DNA of 64,000 bases from Thermodesulfobacteriota bacterium (GTDB lineage: Bacteria > Desulfobacterota > Desulfomonilia > UBA1062): NCBI GenBank assembly GCA_036825155.1, contig DAISYU010000005.1:2488-66487 (forward strand), read 5' to 3'. The first letter of the stretch is position 1. Each line of letters begins with the position of its first letter. The position numbers and the translations under genes were made by a program. The notes beneath the pieces were generated by a model that saw only the letters and a program-made list of their open reading frames with translations, had not been told where the DNA came from and did no database searches. This document shows positions 1 through 7,864 of this stretch, one piece after another.

Positions 1-348
1 GGACGAGTAGATCTTAACGAGGTGCCTGATCCGCTCGTCGCTCAGCTGCCGGTAGGTGTCCACCTCTGATTGAATGGATGCCTCCAGCGACTGGAGTTTT
101 TTGATCTTTTCATCAATCTGTTTCTCCAGTTCCTTGAGTTCCTGCTCCCTGATTGTGAGCTGTTCGTTGCGCTGCCTGATCATCTCCCACTGCTCCTGCG
201 GGGTCTGGACCGCCTCAACGGGCTGCTGGAGGGCAGCCGGCTCGGCCTTGTCCTCTTCGGCGGCAGAGATAGTATTGACGGATATGTAGAATCCTAGAAA
301 GGCAATATTGATTATCAGGGCCATGATGAGCATCTTCTTTCCCGTCAT
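1..348 (-). CDS. Partial (C-terminus beyond left edge) membrane-anchored coiled-coil protein immediately downstream of fliJ; flagellar-operon accessory protein, function unknown
   Basis: Manual minus-strand translation from the ATG at 346-348 (ATGA overlap with the fliJ stop) gives MTGKKMLIMALIINIAFLGFYISVNTISAAEEDKAEPAALQQPVEAVQTPQEQWEMIRQRNEQLTIREQELKELEKQIDEKIKKLQSLEASIQSEVDTYRQLSDERIRHLVKIYSS. The frame stays open to position 1. It has one N-terminal TM helix followed by heptad-rich coiled coil. It is absent from the ORF track because it has no stop in-window. Confidence 0.45.
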   Translation of the reverse strand, partial: MTGKKMLIMALIINIAFLGFYISVNTISAAEEDKAEPAALQQPVEAVQTPQEQWEMIRQRNEQLTIREQELKELEKQIDEKIKKLQSLEASIQSEVDTYRQLSDERIRHLVKIYSS

Positions 349-785
349 CGGTTTCCTCCGTGGCGTAAGATCGCCATCTCATCGATAAAACGCATCTCTT
401 TTCTGCTCTGATCTTGTATGTAGCGTTCCTCGTCTACTTCTTTCAGTCGTTCGATGGCCTTGTGCTCCCTTTTTGCACCGAGCATGAGTGTCCGTTTTTC
501 ATCGAGCTGTTTTTGTGCGGCAGCAAGCTTCTTGTCGAGCTGTTTGATGCTCCCGTCCAGAAAGGTGAGGTAGTCATGATACTGTTTCAACTGTTCGGCC
601 AGAAGTCCCTTTTTCATCCTTGAGCCGAGTTCTTTTTGTACATCGCGCCGAGCCTGGACCCTCAGGTTCTTGAGGTTCTCGAGATTGAAGTAGTGCCGCT
701 GGGCCTGGGAGAATGCCTGCTGTGCCAGGTTTTCCTTGATCTTTCTCACCTTGCGCAGGGTCTCGAATCGAAATGTAAAGCCCAT
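345..785 (-). CDS. fliJ: Flagellar export protein FliJ
   Basis: 146-aa charged coiled-coil protein located directly after fliI in the flgB-fliI order. Size and composition are typical of FliJ. Confidence 0.7.
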   Translation of the reverse strand: MGFTFRFETLRKVRKIKENLAQQAFSQAQRHYFNLENLKNLRVQARRDVQKELGSRMKKGLLAEQLKQYHDYLTFLDGSIKQLDKKLAAAQKQLDEKRTLMLGAKREHKAIERLKEVDEERYIQDQSRKEMRFIDEMAILRHGGNR

Positions 786-796
786 TACCTTCTACC

Positions 797-2116
797 TCAA
801 TTCAGATTTCTCAGGATATTTATCATGGTGCCGCGGGATTCCTCCAGGGAGATCTTCGTATCGATCCCCTGTCTCAAAAAGCCGTTGATAGCCTCGATAT
901 ACGCTATCGCCGTATCGATCTTGGGATTGTTTCCGGAAACGTATGCCCCGATATTGATGAGGTCTTTTGCATCATCATAGATTGCACAGAGTTCAAGGAT
1001 CTTTTTCGCACAGGTGAGGTGCTCGGGATCGACGATATCGGTCATGACCCTGCTCACGCTGCTCAAGATGTCTATGGCGGGGTAGTGGTTCTTGGCCGCA
1101 AGTTCCCGCGACAGGACTATGTGCCCGTCAACAATGGATCGTACGCTGTCCGCTACGGGTTCGGTGAAATCGTCGCCCTCTACCAGGACTGTATAGAGGC
1201 CCGTGATGCTGCCCTGCGATGACGTGTTTCCCACCCGCTCCAAAAGCTTCGGCAGCTTTGCAAAACATGACGGGGTATAACCCTTTGTGGTGGGCGGCTC
1301 ACCCACTGCAAGTCCGACCTCCCTCATGGACATGGCGTAGCGGGTCACCGAATCCATCATGAACAGCACGTCATTGCCCTGGTTTCTGAAGAACTCAGCT
1401 ATAGTGGTGGCCAGATAGGCGCCCCGTATACGGATGAGTGCAGGCTGATCGGATATGGCGGCAATCACGATGGAACGCTTCATGCCTTCTTCCCCGAGGT
1501 CCTTCTCGATAAATTCCTTGACCTCTCTGCCCCGCTCCCCGATAAGGGCGATCACGTTTACGTCGGCCTTGGTGTTGCGGGCCATCATACCCAGCAGCAC
1601 GCTCTTTCCCACCCCGGAGCCGGCCATGATCGCCATACGCTGGCCTTTGCCGATGGTGGTAATGCCGTTGATTGCGGCGATCCCAAGGTCCAACGGCTCG
1701 TCAATCCGCCGTTTCTTAAGCGGGTTGGTATGATTGCCGTACAGGGGCATCTCGTGATCGAGCACCAGGGCACCTTTCCCGTCCAGGGGACTGCCCATGC
1801 CGTCGATCACCCTTCCCAGCAGGTTGTTCCCCACCTTGACTACCGGATTCGATCTCCTGGCTACAATCGTGCTGCCGGGTCCGATGCCGTCGAGATCGCC
1901 GAGCGGCATCAACAGTACCCGTTTATCCCTGAAACCGACCACCTCTGCCATGATGGAGTGATTCATCTGTTTCGAATAGATCTCACACATGCCCCCCATG
2001 GCGCTTCCCGGCCCGTGTCCTTCCACCACCAATCCTACGATATTGGTTACCTTGCCCCGCACCTGGATGGGGTCTATCTCTTTCAAAGGGGTGATGAACT
2101 TTTTCAGATCAGTCAT
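797..2116 (-). CDS. fliI: Flagellum-specific ATP synthase FliI
   Basis: 439 aa. Walker A motif GSGVGKSVLLGMMARNT and an F1-ATPase beta-like core. It sits between fliH and fliJ. Confidence 0.95.
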   Translation of the reverse strand: MTDLKKFITPLKEIDPIQVRGKVTNIVGLVVEGHGPGSAMGGMCEIYSKQMNHSIMAEVVGFRDKRVLLMPLGDLDGIGPGSTIVARRSNPVVKVGNNLLGRVIDGMGSPLDGKGALVLDHEMPLYGNHTNPLKKRRIDEPLDLGIAAINGITTIGKGQRMAIMAGSGVGKSVLLGMMARNTKADVNVIALIGERGREVKEFIEKDLGEEGMKRSIVIAAISDQPALIRIRGAYLATTIAEFFRNQGNDVLFMMDSVTRYAMSMREVGLAVGEPPTTKGYTPSCFAKLPKLLERVGNTSSQGSITGLYTVLVEGDDFTEPVADSVRSIVDGHIVLSRELAAKNHYPAIDILSSVSRVMTDIVDPEHLTCAKKILELCAIYDDAKDLINIGAYVSGNNPKIDTAIAYIEAINGFLRQGIDTKISLEESRGTMINILRNLN

Positions 2117-2774
2117 GTTCGCTCAGCATGTCTTTCATATGATCAATCTGTGACCGTATGGTGGCATCGATTTCGCCGAACTCGGTGTCGATAATGATAC
2201 CGCCGCGATCGATGGAGGTGTCCTCGATGACATGAAGCTGTTTCCTGCCCGAGAGTTTCTTGCCCAGAATATTCTCGATGTCACGTATGTATTCGAAGTC
2301 CGAAGGGTGGAGTCTCAGACGGATGTCGTCGGTCTCCATGAGGTGGCTGCTTGCGGCCCGCACGGTGTCCAGGATGATCTCGGGATTGAGCTGGATGGAT
2401 CTGTGGATAATCTTCTCCGTTATGAGGAAGATGATCTCCAGGAGTTGATCCTGGTGCGCTTCCACAATAGACTGCCTCATGTTTGAGAGTTCATCGATGG
2501 CATTCCTGAAGGTGTCGAAAAGGGGTTCGATCTTCTTGACGGCCATCTTTCGCCCTTCAGCCTGGCCCTTGTCGATACCCTCATTATAGGCCTGCATCTC
2601 GATGGCCTCTTTTTGGGACTTTGCCTGTTTGACGATCTCCTCGGCCTGTATACGGGCCTCCTCGATCTTGCTGCGTTTTCCCCTGGCCCCCATGTCCTGG
2701 ATGGTATACGATGTTATGGAACAGCCTTTGTTCTTCGTGCCCTTGAGTATCTTAGACGAGGACATCCTCACCAC
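2109..2774 (-). CDS. fliH: Flagellar assembly protein FliH
   Basis: 221 aa, charged, sits between fliG and fliI. Overlaps fliI by 8 nt, consistent with operon coupling. Confidence 0.75.
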   Translation of the reverse strand: MVRMSSSKILKGTKNKGCSITSYTIQDMGARGKRSKIEEARIQAEEIVKQAKSQKEAIEMQAYNEGIDKGQAEGRKMAVKKIEPLFDTFRNAIDELSNMRQSIVEAHQDQLLEIIFLITEKIIHRSIQLNPEIILDTVRAASSHLMETDDIRLRLHPSDFEYIRDIENILGKKLSGRKQLHVIEDTSIDRGGIIIDTEFGEIDATIRSQIDHMKDMLSEHD

Positions 2775-3768
2775 CCTTTCCGATTACGATCTTTCCTGCG
2801 GCCTCGAGCTTTCTCACGACACGCACGATGATCTGTTGTGCGTTCTCCACGTCAGAGAGCTTCACCGGTCCCATGGCCTCCATGTCATCGATGAGCATCT
2901 CGGATGCACGGGACGACATATTGCTCAGGATGAGTTCCTTCAGTTTGTCGCTCGCAGTCTTCAGTGCCAGGGACAGGTCTTCGTTCGTGATCTCTTTCAG
3001 GATGGTCTGGATACCGCGGTTGTCGAGGTAGCTCAGGTCCTCAAAGACGAACATCTTCTGCCTGATCCCTTCGGCAAGATCGGCGTCCAGCTCCTCGAGA
3101 GAGGCAAAGATGTTGTTTTCCGTGGTATGATCCATCTGGTTCATGATCTCGGCAACGGTCTCGATCCCGCCCAGCTTCTTGCTTTCAGTCGATCCCATGG
3201 CCTCGATCTCTTTCTTGAGTACATTATCGATGTCTTCGATGACCCCGGAGGGGACCATACCCAGGTTGGCCATCCTGAAGATGATTTCCGGCTGAAGCTT
3301 TTCCGGCAGTTCCTTCACGATCTGGGCAGCCTTTGTAGAGTCAAGGTGTGCCAGAACCAGTGCAATGGTCTGGGGGTGTTCTCCCTTGAGATAGTCCACC
3401 AGCAGCAAAGGATCGACTCCTCTGAGTGCGGAAAAGGCCGCGGTGTCTGTGGCCTGGGAAATGGAATCAATGATGGGTTGGGCCTTCTCGGTCCCCAGGG
3501 CTCCCACAAGGGCTTCCCGAAGGTAGTCCATGCCTTTGCCGGTGATTCCGCTTACCTCTGAGCTCATCTGCTGGAACTCGTCCATGATCTCCTGGACCGT
3601 TCCAACAGGGATAGTCACGTCTTCGAGTCCCGCCATCCGTCTGCCGAGCAGTTTTATCTCATAGTCGGCCAGACCCTTGAATATCTCCCGGGCGAAGTCA
3701 TCGCCCATAGCCATCAGGAAGATCGCCGCCTTTTGCGGACCATCGAGTTTCTTCTTCATCATCGACAT
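2752..3768 (-). CDS. fliG: Flagellar motor switch protein FliG
   Basis: 338 aa. N-terminus MSMMKKKLDGPQKAAIFLMAMGDDFAREIFKGL is FliG-like. The C-terminal half is a torque-helix-type domain. Position after fliF supports the call. Confidence 0.9.
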   Translation of the reverse strand: MSMMKKKLDGPQKAAIFLMAMGDDFAREIFKGLADYEIKLLGRRMAGLEDVTIPVGTVQEIMDEFQQMSSEVSGITGKGMDYLREALVGALGTEKAQPIIDSISQATDTAAFSALRGVDPLLLVDYLKGEHPQTIALVLAHLDSTKAAQIVKELPEKLQPEIIFRMANLGMVPSGVIEDIDNVLKKEIEAMGSTESKKLGGIETVAEIMNQMDHTTENNIFASLEELDADLAEGIRQKMFVFEDLSYLDNRGIQTILKEITNEDLSLALKTASDKLKELILSNMSSRASEMLIDDMEAMGPVKLSDVENAQQIIVRVVRKLEAAGKIVIGKGGEDVLV

Positions 3769-5381
3769 TATAGGCTCTCCTGCAGCCAGGACCTCACAAC
3801 AGCAGTGGCAGTGCTCTTATCATCCTTGGCGATCTTCTCGATCAGTCGCCTCTTTCCCTTGACCGCCTGCTTCATCTCATCGCTCTTTGCATCGAGTTCA
3901 ATCTGGGGTATCTCCTCAACCTCGATCTGGCCGATGGTTTCCCTCTCTATGGCCTTGTTTTTCTCGGGAACGGTTTCAACCACCTTGACGGATTTGAAGA
4001 GCCATTTCAGAAGCGGCCGTATAACGAACAGCAGGACCAGCAGTGCAATGAGCAGGAAGACCAGCGGCTTCACGAGCGAGGTGATGAATTCCCTCATGTT
4101 CGCTTTTTCGGAAAGTGCCGCAATATCGGTGTCTTCCTGTGCAAACGGCATACAGGACACCGAAATCGTGTCTTCGCGGTCTACGCTGAATCCCACTGCA
4201 TGCTTTACTGCATTCTCGATGCCGGTCAACTCTTCGGCCTGGCGTGGAACAAAGACCTGGTTGCCCTTGTCATCTGTTTTATACTCTCCGTCCACGACAA
4301 CCGATACGGTCAACCGGGTAATGTTTCCCGGCGAGGAGATGCGTTCGGTCTGATTTCTGGCGATCTCATAGTTTCGCACGACATTGGATCCTCCCGAACT
4401 GGCACCGTCGGGTATGGCGCCAGGCCCGCCCCTGCCGGTGGGGAGGTTTGACTGTGCCCCGGCTATGCCGCCGATTATCTGATCGCCCCCTCTGAATTCA
4501 CTCTTCAATTCCTCGCTCCTGATTACCTGTATCTCAGGATCGTAGGTATCCTCTACACTCTTTACCATATCCATGTTGATGTCGGCACTAACTTTTACAA
4601 TGGCTGAGGCCGGCCCCACGATTCTTTCCAGGAGATCCTGTGCGCGTGTCTGGAGCATGCTCTCGATTCCGTGTTTGACGTCGAGATAGTTGTTTGCCAG
4701 GGAAATGGCCTGAGATTCGTCCCTGCCTTCAAAGAGGACCTTGCCCCGGATATCCACGATGCTGATATTCTCCGGGTCCAGTCCGCGGACAGACTTTGCA
4801 ACCAGGTACACGATGCCCTGGACCTGGCTCGGGTTTATTTTCTGGCCCTGGCTGGGTTTGATGACGATCGATGCCTTGGCCGGTTTTTCATCCTCTATGA
4901 AGATGCTCTCTTTGGGCATGGCAATGTGGACCCGTGCATAGTCCACCTCCTCGAGTGACATGATGGTATTGGCCAGCTCGTTCTGGAGGGCCCGCTGGTA
5001 GTTGATCTTCTGCACAAACTCGGAGGTGGAAAAGCCGGTCTCGTCAAAGAGCGCGAAGCCCTTGCCCACGCCACCTTTCGGGAGTCCCTGGGATGCAAGG
5101 CTTATCCGTGTTTCATAGACGTTTTCCTCGGGGATCATTATTGCCGTTCCGCCTTTTGCCAGTTTGTACTGGATACGGTTCTCTTTCAGATGCTGAACGA
5201 TCATGGAGGCATCAGCCTCGTCCAGGTCAGTGAACAGGTACTGATACGTCGGTGCAAGAGACCACATCAACGATACGATAATCACGGCAGCCGTGAGTCC
5301 GCTCACGGTAAAGAGGGCGAACTTCTGGCCCATGTTCATGCTCGTGAACCTTTTGATCAGTTGGGCAAAAAGATTTTTCAT
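3768..5381 (-). CDS. fliF: Flagellar M-ring protein FliF
   Basis: 537 aa with N- and C-terminal TM segments, a large periplasmic region and a charged C-terminus. Sits between fliE and fliG. Confidence 0.9.
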   Translation of the reverse strand: MKNLFAQLIKRFTSMNMGQKFALFTVSGLTAAVIIVSLMWSLAPTYQYLFTDLDEADASMIVQHLKENRIQYKLAKGGTAIMIPEENVYETRISLASQGLPKGGVGKGFALFDETGFSTSEFVQKINYQRALQNELANTIMSLEEVDYARVHIAMPKESIFIEDEKPAKASIVIKPSQGQKINPSQVQGIVYLVAKSVRGLDPENISIVDIRGKVLFEGRDESQAISLANNYLDVKHGIESMLQTRAQDLLERIVGPASAIVKVSADINMDMVKSVEDTYDPEIQVIRSEELKSEFRGGDQIIGGIAGAQSNLPTGRGGPGAIPDGASSGGSNVVRNYEIARNQTERISSPGNITRLTVSVVVDGEYKTDDKGNQVFVPRQAEELTGIENAVKHAVGFSVDREDTISVSCMPFAQEDTDIAALSEKANMREFITSLVKPLVFLLIALLVLLFVIRPLLKWLFKSVKVVETVPEKNKAIERETIGQIEVEEIPQIELDAKSDEMKQAVKGKRRLIEKIAKDDKSTATAVVRSWLQESL

Positions 5382-5383
5382 CG

Positions 5384-5674
5384 TTATCTCAATTGTGAAA
5401 GTTGTTTGTAGCCATCAATGAGTTTGTTGGTCACCGAGATCAGCAGCCGTACGCTTATGTCTGCCTTCTGCATGGCGATCATTGCCTCGTGAATATTCCC
5501 GGACCTTCCCTCCGCCAGTTCCACCGAGGCTTTCTCTGATTCCATGACCTGCTCGTTCGTGACGCGAACAGCATCGGTCAAGGTATCGACAAAACTCGTC
5601 GATGGGGTTTTCGCTTCTTTGTTCGTGACTTGATTCATGCCCAGTTGTTTAAAATCTGAAGGATTAATCTTCAT
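5384..5674 (-). CDS. fliE: Flagellar hook-basal body protein FliE
   Basis: 96 aa, located after flgC. The C-terminal VRLLISVTNKLIDGYKQL region is typical of FliE. Confidence 0.8.
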   Translation of the reverse strand: MKINPSDFKQLGMNQVTNKEAKTPSTSFVDTLTDAVRVTNEQVMESEKASVELAEGRSGNIHEAMIAMQKADISVRLLISVTNKLIDGYKQLSQLR

Positions 5675-5676
5675 TA

Positions 5677-6078
5677 CTACCTCCCGATGGCCAGAGCCTT
5701 GAGCGCCATGTCTTTCTGCGCCTTCACAGCTGCGGTGTTCGCCTCGAAAGCCCGGGTGGCCCCGATCATGTTCACCATCTCCTCCATCATGTTTACATTG
5801 GGCATGGTGACATAACCGTTCTCGTCCGCATCAGGGTTGTCGGGATCAAAGATGCGGTTTCCCTGCCTGGGGTCGGTCACGATCTTTTCGACATCCACAC
5901 TGGAAAGTTCCTGTTCAAAGGTATTCTCCCTGAAGACCACATCCTTGCGCTGATACGGGCCGCCTTCGGCGGTCCGTGTGGTGTGTGCGTTTGCGATATT
6001 GGATGAAATCACATTCATCCTGGTCCTCTGGGCCCTCATTCCACTGGCGCTAATGTCCATTGCTGTAAACAAATCCAT
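5677..6078 (-). CDS. flgC: Flagellar basal-body rod protein FlgC
   Basis: 133 aa. Contains the rod-protein N-terminal motif SGMRAQRTRMNVISSNIANAHTT and a conserved C-terminus. Confidence 0.9.
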   Translation of the reverse strand: MDLFTAMDISASGMRAQRTRMNVISSNIANAHTTRTAEGGPYQRKDVVFRENTFEQELSSVDVEKIVTDPRQGNRIFDPDNPDADENGYVTMPNVNMMEEMVNMIGATRAFEANTAAVKAQKDMALKALAIGR

Positions 6079-6464
6079 TATTGAATGCTCCTTATGGCGT
6101 TTTTCAATGCCTCAAGCTTCGACTGGATCATTTCTGCCGATGCAGAGTAGAGCAACTGGTTCTGGGAGAGCTTCATCATCTCCCGGTCGATGTCGACCGT
6201 ATTGGAATCATTGCCTATTCTGGAGAACGGATCGGTTCTGACCGTGTAGGCGGGATCGCCTGAGGAGGATATATCGATGTGCCTGGTATCCGTAACGGAC
6301 ATCGACATCCGGCCATCAAGTTCTTTTTCAAAGGCCACGTCCTTTGCCGTGTACCCGGGAGTATCAACATTTGCGACATTGCTGGAAATAATTCCCTGCC
6401 TGAAAAGGCGATAATTCATGACCGATGCAAGATCAGATAAGGTTTTTCCGAATATTCCTGCCAT
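6078..6464 (-). CDS. flgB: Flagellar basal-body rod protein FlgB
   Basis: 128 aa. Contains the SSNVANVDTPGYTAKD rod motif. An AAGGAGG ribosome-binding site lies 6 nt upstream of the ATG at 6462-6464. Confidence 0.9.
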   Translation of the reverse strand: MAGIFGKTLSDLASVMNYRLFRQGIISSNVANVDTPGYTAKDVAFEKELDGRMSMSVTDTRHIDISSSGDPAYTVRTDPFSRIGNDSNTVDIDREMMKLSQNQLLYSASAEMIQSKLEALKNAIRSIQ

Positions 6465-6487
6465 TCAATCCTCCTTATCCATCGTTA

Positions 6488-6503
6488 AGCAATACTTATA
6501 CCA
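6488..6503 (-). promoter_or_regulatory. Candidate sigma-54 (-24/-12) promoter for the flgB operon
   Basis: Minus strand reads TGGTATAAGTATTGCT, i.e. GG-N10-GC with the same spacing as the TGGCAC-N5-TTGCW consensus. The predicted transcription start is about 6478, giving a 14-nt leader that carries the AAGGAGG ribosome-binding site. A sigma-54 activator gene is adjacent. Confidence 0.45.
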
Positions 6504-6520
6504 ATATGCAAACCCTGTGT

Positions 6521-7858
6521 TTATGCGGACTCTACAGAGCCGGTGCGTGATGTTTTGACTGGTAAACCGTCGGAAATTTGACCATGTACGGTATATTCGT
6601 TGAGCTTGTTCCTCAGGGTCCGGATGCTGATACCGAGGAGAGTCGCTGCCTTTGTGCGGTTTCCCTCGACACTGTCGAGGGTCGAGAGGATGAGGTTCTT
6701 CTCCATGTCATGGATGGTTGTCCCCACTGCCGGGGCCGAGTCCCCAGAGGTATTCATATCGAGGCCGAGCATGATATCCGAAACAGATATCTCCTCCCCG
6801 TCGGTGAGGATCATGGCACGCTCGATGACATTCTCCAGCTCCCGGACGTTCCCCGGCCAGGAGTATTCGCACAGGGTGTCTTTTGCCTCCTGGGCCAGGA
6901 ATTTTTCGCTCATATGTTCCCTGGCGGCAATCTTGTGTATGAAATGCTCGGCCAGCGGAATGATGTCGTTTCTCCGCGAGCGCAGCGGAGGGATCCTGAT
7001 GGGGATAACATTGAGCCGGAAATAGAGGTCGTTTCTGAAACGTCCCTCTCTGATCTCTTCCTCGATGGGCCTGTTTGTCGTGGCTACCACCCGGAAATCC
7101 ACCGATACCGGGGAAGATGAACCCACGCGGTCGATCTGCTTTTCCTGGAGTACCCGCAGCAGTTTTGCCTGGAGGCCGAGACTGATCTCCGTGACCTCAT
7201 CCAGGAGAATGGTCCCCCCGTGAGCCAGCTCGAATTTACCCACCCTGGTTGCATAGGCGCCGGTGAAGGCCCCTTTTTCATACCCGAAGAGTTCGCTTTC
7301 CAAGAGTGTATCAGGGATTGCCGCGAGATTGATCCCTATATATGGCCCCGTCTTTCTCTTGCTGTGCTTGTGCAGATATCGTGCGATCACTTCCTTGCCG
7401 GTGCCGGACTCCCCCTGAATAAATACCGGAGCCTGGGTAGGTGCCACCTTGTGGATTATTTCGACAATCTTTTTCATGGTGTGATCTGCCGTGATAAAGG
7501 CCCCGTTGTCAGAGGTTTTGCTCTTCCTGGTTGTTCTCATCAGCGCCGTGAGAATCTCCTCGATATCGTGGGCCTTGAATGGTTTCTTGAGATAGTGGGA
7601 TGCGCCGAGGCTCAGGCACGTACTTGCATCACCGCACCCTATGGCGAGGATCTCGATCGATGGGTAAACCTGTTTGGTTCCCTCGATGACATCGATGAAC
7701 TCGTCGGATATGATGGCGACCTTATGAGCCTTCGGATCGATCATCCCTAAGAATTTGTCTTTGTCTGTAGACGGGTAGGGTTTCTCACCAAGTTCGCCTA
7801 TGAGGTCGGACAGGATATCTACAGTGGATCTGTCTGGATCGAGTATGGCAATCGACAT
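6521..7858 (-). CDS. Sigma-54-dependent transcriptional activator (enhancer-binding protein) with an N-terminal receiver-like domain; flagellar regulator of FlrC/FleR type
   Basis: 445 aa. AAA+ sigma-54 interaction domain with GESGTGKEV and ESELFGYEKGAFTGA. C-terminal Fis-type HTH (AATLLGISIRTLRNKL). N-terminal receiver-like domain with a probable acceptor Asp in VAIISDEF. Sits directly upstream of flgB. Confidence 0.85.
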   Translation of the reverse strand: MSIAILDPDRSTVDILSDLIGELGEKPYPSTDKDKFLGMIDPKAHKVAIISDEFIDVIEGTKQVYPSIEILAIGCGDASTCLSLGASHYLKKPFKAHDIEEILTALMRTTRKSKTSDNGAFITADHTMKKIVEIIHKVAPTQAPVFIQGESGTGKEVIARYLHKHSKRKTGPYIGINLAAIPDTLLESELFGYEKGAFTGAYATRVGKFELAHGGTILLDEVTEISLGLQAKLLRVLQEKQIDRVGSSSPVSVDFRVVATTNRPIEEEIREGRFRNDLYFRLNVIPIRIPPLRSRRNDIIPLAEHFIHKIAAREHMSEKFLAQEAKDTLCEYSWPGNVRELENVIERAMILTDGEEISVSDIMLGLDMNTSGDSAPAVGTTIHDMEKNLILSTLDSVEGNRTKAATLLGISIRTLRNKLNEYTVHGQISDGLPVKTSRTGSVESA

Positions 7859-7864
7859 GGTATG

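Noticed and set aside
2602-3561. Long antisense ORFs opposite real genes (e.g. 2602-3561+, 11101-12108+, 23658-24524+, 29948-31015-, 36332-37057-, 33867-34619-)
   Set aside because: They are shadow ORFs. They fully overlap well-supported genes (fliG/fliH, the NtrC regulator, EF-G, porA, ffh, nuoF-like) on the opposite strand. They have low-complexity Ser/Arg/Pro-rich translations and no ribosome-binding site. This is typical of GC-rich third-position bias.
6488-6503. Concern that the flgB sigma-54 motif is too close to the start codon to be real
   Set aside because: It was not rejected. Recounting shows the -12 GC lies at 6489-6490, which gives a transcription start near 6478 and a 14-nt leader containing AAGGAGG. 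That is short but feasible, so the feature is retained at moderate confidence.
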